Virus record (IMG/VR): IMGVR_UViG_3300049982_000222
Span: 1-25,052 of that record
DNA from: a virus
Taxonomy: Duplodnaviria; Caudoviricetes
Length of the DNA: 25,052 nucleotides
Direction: 5' to 3' (one strand)
The notes under the pieces are model-generated. The model was not told where the DNA came from. It searched no databases and saw nothing but the letters and a program-made list of their open reading frames with translations. Of this stretch, positions 16,370-24,871 are shown in pieces. The translations under genes and the position numbers were made by a program. Every line of letters begins with the position of its first letter. The stretch's first letter is position 1.

Positions 16370-16410
16370 CAGCGAAGCGGCGGCGCCCCGAAGGGCACCG
16401 CCGCTCGCTG
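16370..16410 (-). terminator. Strong hairpin (C-UUCG-G loop) after the capsid genes; terminator or mRNA stabiliser
   Basis: CAGCGAGCGGCGGTGCCC-TTCG-GGGCGCCGCCGCTTCGCTG; U-tract is weak. Confidence 0.6.
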
Positions 16411-16416
16411 GTCGTG

Positions 16417-17079
16417 CTACTTCTGGTCATCGCCCTCGAGCAGAGCGACGAGGTCCGCTTTGCTCGTGCCGGGAGGAGCCGAGAACTCGACACCGCGCTT
16501 GGTCAGCTCGGCCTTGAGTTCCTTCATGTTGAGGCCGGAGTAGTCGGCCGCCTTTCCCTGCTCGCCCTCGTCGGACGCGTCTTCGACGTCGGCCAGGGTG
16601 ATTTCCCCATCCTGGCCGGTGCCGTCGACATCGGTGAGGTCGATGCCGAGCTCGGCCGCGAGATCTGCGACCGCCTCGGTGACCTCGATCTCCACCGGGG
16701 CCGGCGGCGTCTGGACCACCTCGTCGACGGAGTCGTCACCGTCGCCGTCCTGGTCGGACTCGTCGTCCACGGCGGCGTCTTCGACGTCGCCTTTGGTGAT
16801 CGAGCCGCCTCGGCCGGTGCCCTCGACGGTCTCGAGGTCGACGCCGAGCTCCTCGGCGAGCTTCGCCGCCGCGGCCGAGACCTTGACCTCGACCACCTCG
16901 ACGGAGTCGTCACCGTCGCCGTCGACCATGAACTGGTCGAGGAGAGCCACCGACTCCTCGTCGACCGGCTGGAGTGCGCCTTTCTCGATCTGCTCTTGTA
17001 TGGCCTCGCTGAGCGGGAGGGAGAAGCCCCAATCGACCCCTCCCTCGCCGCGGAGCGTGACCGTAGTCTCGGTCGCCAT
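16417..17079 (-). CDS. Acidic protein with two E3-binding (PSBD)-like domains and a C-terminal SAP/HeH/Rho-N-like domain
   Basis: VSAAAAKLAEELGVDLETVEGTGRGGSITKGDV; VTEAVADLAAELGIDLTDVDGTGQDGEITLADV; DYSGLNMKELKAELTKRGVEF...SKADLVALLE. Confidence 0.85.
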   Translation of the reverse strand: MATETTVTLRGEGGVDWGFSLPLSEAIQEQIEKGALQPVDEESVALLDQFMVDGDGDDSVEVVEVKVSAAAAKLAEELGVDLETVEGTGRGGSITKGDVEDAAVDDESDQDGDGDDSVDEVVQTPPAPVEIEVTEAVADLAAELGIDLTDVDGTGQDGEITLADVEDASDEGEQGKAADYSGLNMKELKAELTKRGVEFSAPPGTSKADLVALLEGDDQK

Positions 17080-17083
17080 GCGC

Positions 17084-17452
17084 CTACGCCGTGCGCGGGA
17101 CGTGGTACGCCCGGACTTTGATTTTTTTGTTCGTGTCGAGGAAGACCGAACCGGCGTCGGCCCCGGCCTGGATGAAGCGGGCCGAGGTCAGCGGGCCGAA
17201 CACGACGACCGCGCTTTCCGCCAGTTCGGCGGATTTGGCGACACCCTGCCCGGCCGAGAGGGCCGGGGGGTTGTCGCCGGCCACGATTTCGACGACGCAG
17301 CCGGCTTCGAGTGCGGTGACCTCGAGGATCGTCTCCTCGGCCTTGCCGGCCATGAGGATCACCGCATCGTTGGCGGGGAGAACTTCGGTCTGTGCCGGCT
17401 GGCCGTTCGCCGCGTTGGCGATCAGCTCGGTCGGCGTGATTTCGGTGCGCAT
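17084..17452 (-). CDS. Putative capsid decoration/cement protein
   Basis: 122-aa beta-rich protein directly after MCP; AGAAAGG RBS. Confidence 0.6.
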   Translation of the reverse strand: MRTEITPTELIANAANGQPAQTEVLPANDAVILMAGKAEETILEVTALEAGCVVEIVAGDNPPALSAGQGVAKSAELAESAVVVFGPLTSARFIQAGADAGSVFLDTNKKIKVRAYHVPRTA

Positions 17453-17484
17453 GGTCTGTGTGCCTTTCTCTTAGCTCGTCAGAC

Positions 17485-18330
17485 TCAGGTCTGCGAGGCC
17501 TGGCAGGTGGCGATCCCGTCGGGACGCATCAGCTTGGCGCCGTAGAGCTCCAGTCCCTTGACCGCGTCGGAGAAGGAATCCTGCGGGCGGTACGCCTCGA
17601 CGTCGTTGATCTGCTCGGCCGCGCTGATAGCCCCGGTCGTGCCGGCGATGACGATGTTGTCGTCGCCTTCCGGGGCGGGCGTGTTGTTCGACATCGCGAT
17701 GTGGAAGCCGGCGGCTTCGCCGACGTGACCGTTCGCGGACGCCGCATCTTTGCCGCTCGCGTCGGCCCGGATGAACCGATCGTCGAGGAGCAGACGGCCG
17801 TGGCCCCAGGAGGGCACGACGACCCAGCGACCCTCGGTCGGGACGTTGGCCTCGTCGAGCACCACTTTCAGCGGGACCAGGACCGAGTCGTAGAACTTCG
17901 TCGGTTCGGACGCTTTCACGGCGACCGTGCCGAGCGCGTTGGCGGCCTGTACCCCGGTGTAGAGGCTGGCGATGAACCGGTCGAACACGTCCGCCAGTCC
18001 GTAGCCCGCTTCCGACAGGGCCTCCGGCAGAAGCTCACCGGCGATCTGCCGTTTGTCGACATCGTCGATCTCGAACGCGAAGTACTTGGCCTGATCGACG
18101 ATCAGCTTGCGCTGCGCGGTCGTCAGCTTCTCGGGGACGATTTTCGTCACGTTGGGCACGTAGGTACCGATGGTCGGCCGCGAGATCGAGTTCACCGTCA
18201 CGGTGTCGCCGCTGTCGCGAATCTGGCCCTCGTAGTCGCGGTTGACGAGGTGCCCGTAGACGAGCGCTTTCCGCATCGCCCCCAGGAGGGCAGCCGCCCA
18301 TACCTCTGGCTTGAAGGTGTCGACTGACAT
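17485..18330 (-). CDS. Major capsid protein (P22-coat-like, HK97 fold)
   Basis: FKPEVWAAALL, VNRDYEGQI..GDTV, DQAKYFAFEIDDVD, VPTEGRWVVV, FSDAVKGLELYGAK motifs; GAAAGGA RBS. Confidence 0.93.
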   Translation of the reverse strand: MSVDTFKPEVWAAALLGAMRKALVYGHLVNRDYEGQIRDSGDTVTVNSISRPTIGTYVPNVTKIVPEKLTTAQRKLIVDQAKYFAFEIDDVDKRQIAGELLPEALSEAGYGLADVFDRFIASLYTGVQAANALGTVAVKASEPTKFYDSVLVPLKVVLDEANVPTEGRWVVVPSWGHGRLLLDDRFIRADASGKDAASANGHVGEAAGFHIAMSNNTPAPEGDDNIVIAGTTGAISAAEQINDVEAYRPQDSFSDAVKGLELYGAKLMRPDGIATCQASQT

Positions 18331-18361
18331 GGTGGTGTGGTTCCTTTCGGGTAAGTGCTAT

Positions 18362-19096
18362 TTAGCTTTTGAGGTAATCCCGCAGGCGGCCTTCGCTGAG
18401 GGCCTTCGAGATTGCCTCCGGAGACATGCCCTCCGTCGAGGAGAGCTGCTCGACATCGCCCCCACCACCGTTGCCGGGGAGGGATGGGCCAGAGCGCGGG
18501 GCGCCCTCACCTACGAGATGCGGGCTTTTCTGTGCCAGCTCTCGCAGGTACTTCTCGATCGCCGCCTCGCCTTTTGCCGCGACCTCTTTGGGGACGCGGA
18601 GCACCGCGTCCTCGGAGTCGTGGAATTTGAGGCGGTCGGCGACCGTGCGGACGGTGCCCTGGTGTTTGTACGTGTCGAACTCGGCCTGAAGCTCGGTCAG
18701 CTCCCGGTCTTTGTCGTCACGTTCCTGCTCAACGCCTTGGACGACTTTCTGGTGCTCGCCAGCGTCTTCAGCTTCTTTCCGCTCGCGGTCGCGTTTGGAT
18801 TTCGCCGCTGCGGCCACCTCGCGTTTGAGGCGTTCGGCCTCGCCTTTCGGCATCGTCACCGTCTCCGGGTCCGGGTCCGTCTCCGTTTTCGGAGGGTCGG
18901 TCTCGGTTTTCGGGGGGTCCGTGCTCGGCGGCGGATCAGTCTCCGTTTTCGGGGGATCGGTCGTCGAGGGCGGGTCGGTCGTCGGCTCATCGTTGAGCGG
19001 GACGCCCGACTCCCTGAGCTGGCGCTGCATCTCCGACCACGAGGGGCGGTAGAGGTCGGCTAGCTCGAGTACATCGGCGAGGTGCTGCTTGGGCAT
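18362..19096 (-). CDS. Capsid scaffolding protein
   Basis: ATG 19096 after GAAAGGA; Pro/Thr-rich linker, coiled-coil, LAQKSPHLV; located between portal and MCP. Confidence 0.85.
   Translation of the reverse strand: MPKQHLADVLELADLYRPSWSEMQRQLRESGVPLNDEPTTDPPSTTDPPKTETDPPPSTDPPKTETDPPKTETDPDPETVTMPKGEAERLKREVAAAAKSKRDRERKEAEDAGEHQKVVQGVEQERDDKDRELTELQAEFDTYKHQGTVRTVADRLKFHDSEDAVLRVPKEVAAKGEAAIEKYLRELAQKSPHLVGEGAPRSGPSLPGNGGGGDVEQLSSTEGMSPEAISKALSEGRLRDYLKS
18862..18982 (-). repeat. Low-complexity TDPPKTE/TDPPS tandem repeats in the scaffold
   Basis: TDPPSTTDPPKTETDPPPSTDPPKTETDPPKTETDPDPET; coordinates approximate. Confidence 0.8.
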
Positions 19097-19263
19097 GTCG
19101 TCCTTTCGTTCCAGCGCGTCTTGGTTGAACCCCGCTGCGATGCGGGCGCCTAGCTGGCTCGGCGACACGGCGATTTCCCCGGCCGTGACGGGCACCGCGG
19201 GATGCGGTGGTAAGTGGCGGCCCAGCCACGCGCTACCTCGGCCCCGGTGGGGCGTGCGCGGAC

Positions 19264-20727
19264 TTACAGGCCAGAAGGTGGGGGCGGCGCGAACGGGTCG
19301 GCGGCGGGCGCCGGCGCGTCTTCGTCGATGCGCTTCAGCTCGTCGAGCACCCGGTCTTCACTCCAGTCCGGGTGCCTCTCTTCGATTCCGGTCCTGCGCG
19401 AGAGGATTTCGGCGCCGCGTTCGGTCGTGATCCGGTTTGCCTCTTCGCCCTCGTCCACCGGCAGGGCGGACGCGCGCTCGGCGGCGGGCGCCTCAGCGGC
19501 GGCGGCCCAGCCGTGGCCGAAGCCGCCGCGCTCGAGCGGCAGCTCGTCGACCATCTGGGCGGCGCGGAGAAGCTGGGGGACGCCGGTGTCCCAGGGGCGG
19601 GCCTTGCCGCCCGCGGCGAGCAGGGAGTCGAGCAGGCGGGCGCGGAAGGCCGGGCCGGTCTGCGCCCCTTCGGTGTTGCGGCCGACCAGCTGCGGCGCTA
19701 CACGGGCGCGGGTCAGCGCCTTCTCTTCGGTGTGCTCGATCCATTCGATGAGGGGACCGGCGTCGAAGCTCCACTCCAGCTGGATGAGGCCCTTATCCGG
19801 CTTGTCCGGGTCGTCGTCAGCCTCGGAGGCGAGGATCACGTCGACCCCGGCCGGGAACTCGCCGTCCGCGGTGAGGTACTTCTGCGGCACGACGATCCGC
19901 TTCTTCGCGGTCAGCTTCATGTTCTCCGACCCGATTGACGCGGCCTCGTTCAGCTCCAGCAGCAGGTCTTTGACGCCGTGGAAATCCGAGCGGCCGAGGA
20001 TCCGCGCCTTCCCGGCGCCGCTGACGTTCGGGATGTAGCCGGCGAGCAGGAGGTCGAGGCCGTGGTTCCACTCCGGTTCCAAGTCCTCGGTGAAGTAGTG
20101 GCGGCTGAGCTCCTGCTGCCTGCCGAGACCATCGTTGCGGTCCTCGGCGCGGTAGAGCAGGTTGCGGGTGGCGCCGCGGACCTGAAGCTCGACGTAGCGC
20201 CAGACGGACTTGCAGTCGTCCTCGTTGTCGAAGGGCGGGCGTTCCAACTCCTCGACGAAGGCGACGGCGCGAATCTGGCGCCCGCTGAAGCTCGGCACGA
20301 CGGAGAGGCGGGAGTGCCACTCGATCGTCGGGTAGGGGCAGCTGCGGTCGGCGAGGATGCGCCACCACGCCGAGCCCTCGCCGCAGCTGATGCCGACGCC
20401 GGCCTGCAGCTCGTCGACCAGGCCGTTGGCCTCGACCATCTCGTCGAGGTGGTCCTGGTCGGCTTCGTTGGCGGCGGTGAACTCCGGGGCCTCGCCGTAG
20501 ATCAGGTCGGCGAAGGCGCCCGGGATCCGCTCGGCCAGGGGGTCGACGACGTACTTGCGGTCCGCTTCCCAGCCGACGTGGCGCCTCAGCACATCGCGGT
20601 CGGACTCGCGCAGGGCCCGGTAGATCTCCAGGTCGGCGCGCATCCGGCGCTCGCCCGGGGGCGGCCAGCCGTTGGTCGCCTCCAGCTGGCGCTGAAAGGC
20701 GTCGAGCAGGGCGCGGATGTCAGGCAC
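19264..20727 (-). CDS. Portal protein (SPP1 gp6/A118-like)
   Basis: 487 aa after TerL; YIPN...LGRSDF, AQTGPAFR, LSRRTGIEERHPDWSEDRVLDELKRI motifs. Confidence 0.9.
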   Translation of the reverse strand: MPDIRALLDAFQRQLEATNGWPPPGERRMRADLEIYRALRESDRDVLRRHVGWEADRKYVVDPLAERIPGAFADLIYGEAPEFTAANEADQDHLDEMVEANGLVDELQAGVGISCGEGSAWWRILADRSCPYPTIEWHSRLSVVPSFSGRQIRAVAFVEELERPPFDNEDDCKSVWRYVELQVRGATRNLLYRAEDRNDGLGRQQELSRHYFTEDLEPEWNHGLDLLLAGYIPNVSGAGKARILGRSDFHGVKDLLLELNEAASIGSENMKLTAKKRIVVPQKYLTADGEFPAGVDVILASEADDDPDKPDKGLIQLEWSFDAGPLIEWIEHTEEKALTRARVAPQLVGRNTEGAQTGPAFRARLLDSLLAAGGKARPWDTGVPQLLRAAQMVDELPLERGGFGHGWAAAAEAPAAERASALPVDEGEEANRITTERGAEILSRRTGIEERHPDWSEDRVLDELKRIDEDAPAPAADPFAPPPPSGL

Positions 20728-22261
20728 GCCCGGCCGCCTTGAATGCCTCGACGACGCCGCCGTTGCTGGCTGCCCTCGTCTCCGCGTCGATGATCTTCCG
20801 GTGCGCCCGCGCCGAGCGGTTGGCCAGGGCGATCAGGGCGTCTATTGCGTCGTCGTTGCCCTTCACAGGTTTGCCGTCCTCTCCCTCTTCGTATTCGGGT
20901 AGCTGGTCGCAGAGCACTTCGTTGCGGGGCGAGATGGCGAGGACTCGCGTCATCGCCTGCCCCTCGGGCCATCCGGCTTCCTTCGCTTCGAGCGTGCGGC
21001 GCAGCAGCAGCCGCAGGTAGCGGATGGTCAGATCCTTGTACTTGCCGAAGTTCACCGGGTAGGTGTTGGGGCGCCCCGTCCTCTTGACCGGGTTGTGGCG
21101 GCCCAGCCGCTTCTCGGCGAGCTTCAGGAAGGTCCGGTTGGACTGGGCGAAGCTGGAGTCGTAGCGCTGCTCGGCCCACCACACGTGGCCTCTCGGCGGG
21201 GCGTACGGGGCGACGGCGTCCACGAACTTGTCGGTGATCGCCTCCAGGTCCTCACGGCTGGTGGCGACCTCCCCGGGCGGCAGGTAGAGGCCACCGCGCT
21301 CGAGCGGCCAGCCGATCTCCTGCACCGTGGCGAAGTCGCCGTAGTCGGTGCCGGTCGCCATCTCGTGATTGACCGACGGCGGCAGCTTCCCGCCCTTGCG
21401 CAGCTGGTCGTACATGGCGCCGAGCTCGATAGCCGCCCGAATCGCCAGGTGGTCGAAGACCCACGCTCCCGGCTCCCTCGCGTCCCAGTCGCCGTCGAGC
21501 AGCTGCGCCCGGGTCTCGGTGTCGAGCTGCGCGAGCGAGGCGCGGTAGGCGTCCTGATCGATGCCGGGGTTGTCGGTCAGCTTCGCCGGGATGAAGACGC
21601 GCTCGGCGCACTTCTCCGGCGTGTCCTCGGGGTTCTCTGGGTCCGGCTTGCGTTCGATGAAGCGGCGCTTCACCCACCGATGACCGCGGCCGCCGGGGTT
21701 GGAGGCGCCGCGCATCCGCGGGGGGATCGGCGAGCCCTCGCGGCGGCGAAGGCGCGAGAAGAGGTAGAGGTAGTCGGGCTCGTCGAAGTGCGTGAGCTCG
21801 TCGAAGCCGATGAAGTCGAACTCAGAGCCCTGGTACCGGAACTTGTCCGTCGAGCGGTGGAGGTAGCCGAACTCCAGCACCGCGCCGCTGGGGAAGGTCC
21901 AGCGGTGCTTCTGCTCATTCCACCGCGCCCGGCCGGCGAGCCATTCGTGCGCTCGGTCGATCAGGCCGCCCGGCTGCGCCAGCTCGGGGTAGGTGCGGCG
22001 CAGCAGCAGCGCTTTGTAGCCGGGGAAGTCGACGAACTGGAGGGCAGCGCGCAGCAGCAGATCCGTCTTCCCCCCGCCGGCAGCGCCGCCGTAGAAGACC
22101 TCCAGCTTGTGCAGCAGCGCCAGCACCGCGGCCTGCCGTGGCGACGGCGGGTAGGCCGGCCAGAACGGCGAGACGCGGATCGGGACGCGGGCGGAGCTAG
22201 TTCGGGTTGAAGGCGCCGGCCTCGGCGAGGATCGCCGCGACGTTCGCGTGGTAGTCGGCAT
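20720..22261 (-). CDS. terL: Terminase large subunit
   Basis: Walker A YGGAAGGGKT, LLRRTYPEL, Walker B FIGFDELTHF, GASNPGG, QLLDGDW, nuclease Asp motifs GTDYG and NDDAIDA; GGAGGGGAGG RBS before ATG 22261. Confidence 0.96.
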   Translation of the reverse strand: MPTTTRTSRRSSPRPAPSTRTSSARVPIRVSPFWPAYPPSPRQAAVLALLHKLEVFYGGAAGGGKTDLLLRAALQFVDFPGYKALLLRRTYPELAQPGGLIDRAHEWLAGRARWNEQKHRWTFPSGAVLEFGYLHRSTDKFRYQGSEFDFIGFDELTHFDEPDYLYLFSRLRRREGSPIPPRMRGASNPGGRGHRWVKRRFIERKPDPENPEDTPEKCAERVFIPAKLTDNPGIDQDAYRASLAQLDTETRAQLLDGDWDAREPGAWVFDHLAIRAAIELGAMYDQLRKGGKLPPSVNHEMATGTDYGDFATVQEIGWPLERGGLYLPPGEVATSREDLEAITDKFVDAVAPYAPPRGHVWWAEQRYDSSFAQSNRTFLKLAEKRLGRHNPVKRTGRPNTYPVNFGKYKDLTIRYLRLLLRRTLEAKEAGWPEGQAMTRVLAISPRNEVLCDQLPEYEEGEDGKPVKGNDDAIDALIALANRSARAHRKIIDAETRAASNGGVVEAFKAAGRA

Positions 22262-22766
22262 CGGTCGGCACCTCCCCTCCGACCGGGATCGCGCCGCCGT
22301 CAGGCCCGCTGAGCTCGGTCGCCTGCTTGGCCTTGCCGTAGATCCGGTCGAGCAGTTTGTCGGCGGCCGTCATCTGCGCGGCCAGGTCGTCGAACTCGCT
22401 GGCCCTCACGACGCCGTCGCGGGACTCTCCGTGCAGCTTCGCTCCCCCACCCTCGAGCGGGACGAGGACGAGGCCCTCGGCGCCAGTCTCGATGTCGTAG
22501 CCGAGGACGCGGAAGTGCGGGCGCAGGATCGCGGCGATGTTGTCCTCGACCAACTTGCGCGCCACCTCAGTCGGCGTCGGGAGCCGCGGGCGCCCTGCGT
22601 TGGGCTGCGATCCGCCGAATCCTGCCGTTTCCTGCTCAACCTTGCTCGCGTGCCCGATGCACGTCTTCTTGCCCTTACGAACGTAGGCTCCGCACGGCTC
22701 GCCCTTGGCGTTGAGCTTGCCGCTCAGTTCGCCACAGCGGTTCCGCTTGGCCTTCTGCTTAGCCAC
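22197..22766 (-). CDS. Putative terminase small subunit with N-terminal Cys/His zinc-finger-like motif
   Basis: RC...GEPC...GKKTCIGH, NAGRP, AADKLLDRIYGKAKQATELSGPDGGAI; GTG 22766 after GGGAGGG; directly upstream of TerL. Confidence 0.78.
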   Translation of the reverse strand: MAKQKAKRNRCGELSGKLNAKGEPCGAYVRKGKKTCIGHASKVEQETAGFGGSQPNAGRPRLPTPTEVARKLVEDNIAAILRPHFRVLGYDIETGAEGLVLVPLEGGGAKLHGESRDGVVRASEFDDLAAQMTAADKLLDRIYGKAKQATELSGPDGGAIPVGGEVPTDADYHANVAAILAEAGAFNPN

Positions 22767-23103
22767 GCGCCCTCCCGGAGAGGCGGCGCAGCAGCCGGAC
22801 GAAGCGAGGCCGTACTGCCTCCCCGACGGTCGGAGCCTTGCGCCGGTCGCACTCATCGGCAGCGAGCCGGATGACGCGAGCGTGCATCCGCAGTTCGTCC
22901 CCGTCGCGTTCGGCGGCGAGCAGGCGTGCCTTGCGGCGGTTGCTCATGCGACCGACGACGACGCGGTCCTTCCGGTCGGCCATGCGCTCGCAGTCCTCGG
23001 CGGTCTCCCGGAGGTCGGCGGGCGTTTTGCCCTCTGCCCCTGGCGCCCCCGCGATCATGCGGAGGGCTTCCCCGGGGCTGAGCTTGACGGCGACGGTGCT
23101 CAC
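22759..23103 (-). CDS. Hypothetical protein (114 aa)
   Basis: Translationally coupled (GTGA overlap) between the basic protein and TerS; GC3-rich codons. Confidence 0.6.
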   Translation of the reverse strand: MSTVAVKLSPGEALRMIAGAPGAEGKTPADLRETAEDCERMADRKDRVVVGRMSNRRKARLLAAERDGDELRMHARVIRLAADECDRRKAPTVGEAVRPRFVRLLRRLSGRARG

Positions 23104-23552
23104 TTCCGCTTCCGGCCCTTCCGAGCGCGGGGTGCGGTGGCGCCGCCGTTGGAGCGCTTGGCGGCACGGGGCTTCGCGGCGCCGACACGCGGCTTCCGCG
23201 GGGTCGTGGACTTCGGCCCCTTGCCGGAGACCTTCGGGGCAGATCGCTTGACGGTGGTCTTCCCGCCCTTGGTGATCCGGACCACCTTGCGGACGACCTT
23301 GCGGCCGTTCTTGACGCGGGTGATCGTGCGGACGCTCTTGGCGACGCGGCCTGCGCCGGAGCCGGTCGTGGTCTTCACGACGTTGGCGGTGCGCTTGAGC
23401 CCGCCTTTGGTCTTCACCGTGGCGGCCCGTTTGGTCGAGCTGCCGCCGGCGCGGCCGAGTTTCGGCGTCGACCGGGTCTTGGTGGTCTTGACGCGGCGGG
23501 TGCCGCCCTTGGCGCGGCCGGTGCGGCTGCGGGTACGTGACCTGGGGGCCAT
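23100..23552 (-). CDS. Extremely basic histone/protamine-like protein (150 aa)
   Basis: ATG 23552 after AGAAAGGA; 51 K+R by manual count, no D/E, no aromatic residues; preferred codons AAG/CGC/ACC/GTC. Confidence 0.8.
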   Translation of the reverse strand: MAPRSRTRSRTGRAKGGTRRVKTTKTRSTPKLGRAGGSSTKRAATVKTKGGLKRTANVVKTTTGSGAGRVAKSVRTITRVKNGRKVVRKVVRITKGGKTTVKRSAPKVSGKGPKSTTPRKPRVGAAKPRAAKRSNGGATAPRARKGRKRK

Positions 23553-23794
23553 CGTGATCGAGTCCTTTCTGCGGAGGGTCGTTGTGCGAGGAAGACTTCC
23601 GGCGCCCTTCCCTCTGACAGGAGACGCCGGTAGCGGGCCAGACGTGTGAACGTGCATCGCCCCCGCTCGGCAGGAGTGAGGCGTGGCCCTAGTTTTGGAG
23701 GCCGTCAGCCGCGACGACAGGGCAGCTGTCCGTGAGCGGCGAGGCGTGGATCGGGGGCTGAGGGCGTACCTCTGCCACTGCGATCTGTGGCCGA

Positions 23795-23961
23795 TTGTAG
23801 CAGTCGGCCAGACGGTGTGTGTACGCGGAATGCCTACCCCCAGAACGAGCGACGCCGCCCCCGGTGAGGAGCGGCGCGGCCCGGCAATGTAGACAGGCCA
23901 GGGATGGCATGTCGACGAGAGGGAGTCTACCTGTAGGCAGGGGGTGTACGGCGACTGCCTA
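23795..23961 (-). promoter_or_regulatory. Putative late-operon promoter region with a palindromic operator
   Basis: Minus-strand extended -10 TGCTACAAT (23795-23803), second -10 TAGACT (23925-30), palindrome TAGGCAG-N5-GTAC-N5-CTGCCTA (23934-23961). Confidence 0.6.
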
Positions 23962-23978
23962 TGCCGCGACCGTAGCCA

Positions 23979-24161
23979 CTAGCTGATTACTTCCACGGCG
24001 ATGCCAGGATCGCCGTCCGCGGTCAACTCCCATGCCTTGTCGGGCATCTCTTCACAGCCGACCTCCTCGGCCTTTGCCGCCGCTATCCGTTCAGCCTCCT
24101 CGGCCGTCTCGGCACGCACGATGACAGTCACCCAGCCTGCTCCGGCAACCCACAGTTTCAT
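23979..24161 (-). CDS. Small acidic hypothetical protein (60 aa)
   Basis: MKLWVAGAGWVTVIVRAETAEEAERIAA...; ATGA overlap with the upstream gene. Confidence 0.65.
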   Translation of the reverse strand: MKLWVAGAGWVTVIVRAETAEEAERIAAAKAEEVGCEEMPDKAWELTADGDPGIAVEVIS

Positions 24162-24871
24162 GCCGCCACCGTAGCGGGCTGGGGCCAGTAGCGCTGCAGC
24201 GTCGACTTGGCGATGCCGAGACGGTCGGCGGCTTTCTTCTGGCCCATGCCGCGGCGGTGGAGCTTGGCTGCCTCGCGGCGGCGATCGTCCTCGCTCCAGT
24301 CGAGGAACGGCGGGCGCGGGTGTCCGGTGTCGACATCGCAGCTCATGATCCGGCGGGCCTTCTTCACCCACTCTTCGGTGGTCTCCTCGAAGATCCCGAC
24401 CTCGATCGCCGGGACGCCCTTGTAGTCCTCGATCACCCGACGGATCTGCACCTCCTCGGCGATCTTGCCCTCGGCGTTGTCTCCGAGCAGGGCGCCGGAA
24501 CGGAGGGCTTTCGTGTGGGCGTTCGGCTGGATCCGGCGTTCGTGGTCGCGCTCGGCGAGGAGGACGGTCACTCGGGCCTTGTGCGCTTCGGTCTCGAGGT
24601 CGAGGCGGGCGAACTTCCAGGCGTAGTAGTCGAAGAGGCTGCGTTCTTTCGACGGCGGCCGGTCGGGGTCGACGGCGTGGAGGCTGACCCCGGCGGGGAT
24701 GCTGGACTCGTGGTGGCGCTTCGGCGTCTTGGCCTTGCGGTCGGACTCGGCCCGCTGCTCTTTGGGGAGCGATGACGGCGTCGCCACGGCGGCGAGGGTG
24801 CCGGCCGCCGGCGCCTCCGACAGCGTCGAGAGGCGGGCGAGGACGTCGCGGATGCGCTCCTCGAGGGTCAA
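24158..24871 (-). CDS. HTH-containing protein, candidate late-transcription regulator
   Basis: C-terminal HTH RRGMGQKKAADRLGIAKSTLQRYW; TTG start after GGGGAGG; last large gene before the late promoter. Confidence 0.7.
   Translation of the reverse strand: MTLEERIRDVLARLSTLSEAPAAGTLAAVATPSSLPKEQRAESDRKAKTPKRHHESSIPAGVSLHAVDPDRPPSKERSLFDYYAWKFARLDLETEAHKARVTVLLAERDHERRIQPNAHTKALRSGALLGDNAEGKIAEEVQIRRVIEDYKGVPAIEVGIFEETTEEWVKKARRIMSCDVDTGHPRPPFLDWSEDDRRREAAKLHRRGMGQKKAADRLGIAKSTLQRYWPQPATVAA

Noticed and set aside
18862-18982. Short DNA direct repeats resembling an array (CRISPR/iteron)
   Set aside because: In-frame coding repeats (TDPPKTE) inside the scaffold gene, with no unique spacers or cas genes
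22197-22261. Possible TerS-TerL frameshift fusion, because the TerL N-terminus looks off-frame
   Set aside because: A strong SD (GGAGGGGAGG) precedes ATG 22261, so a simple 65-nt gene overlap explains it
23685-23710. tRNA-Trp-like anticodon string (minus strand GGCCTCCAAAAC)
   Set aside because: No matching anticodon stem, D-arm, TTCGA T-loop or acceptor stem
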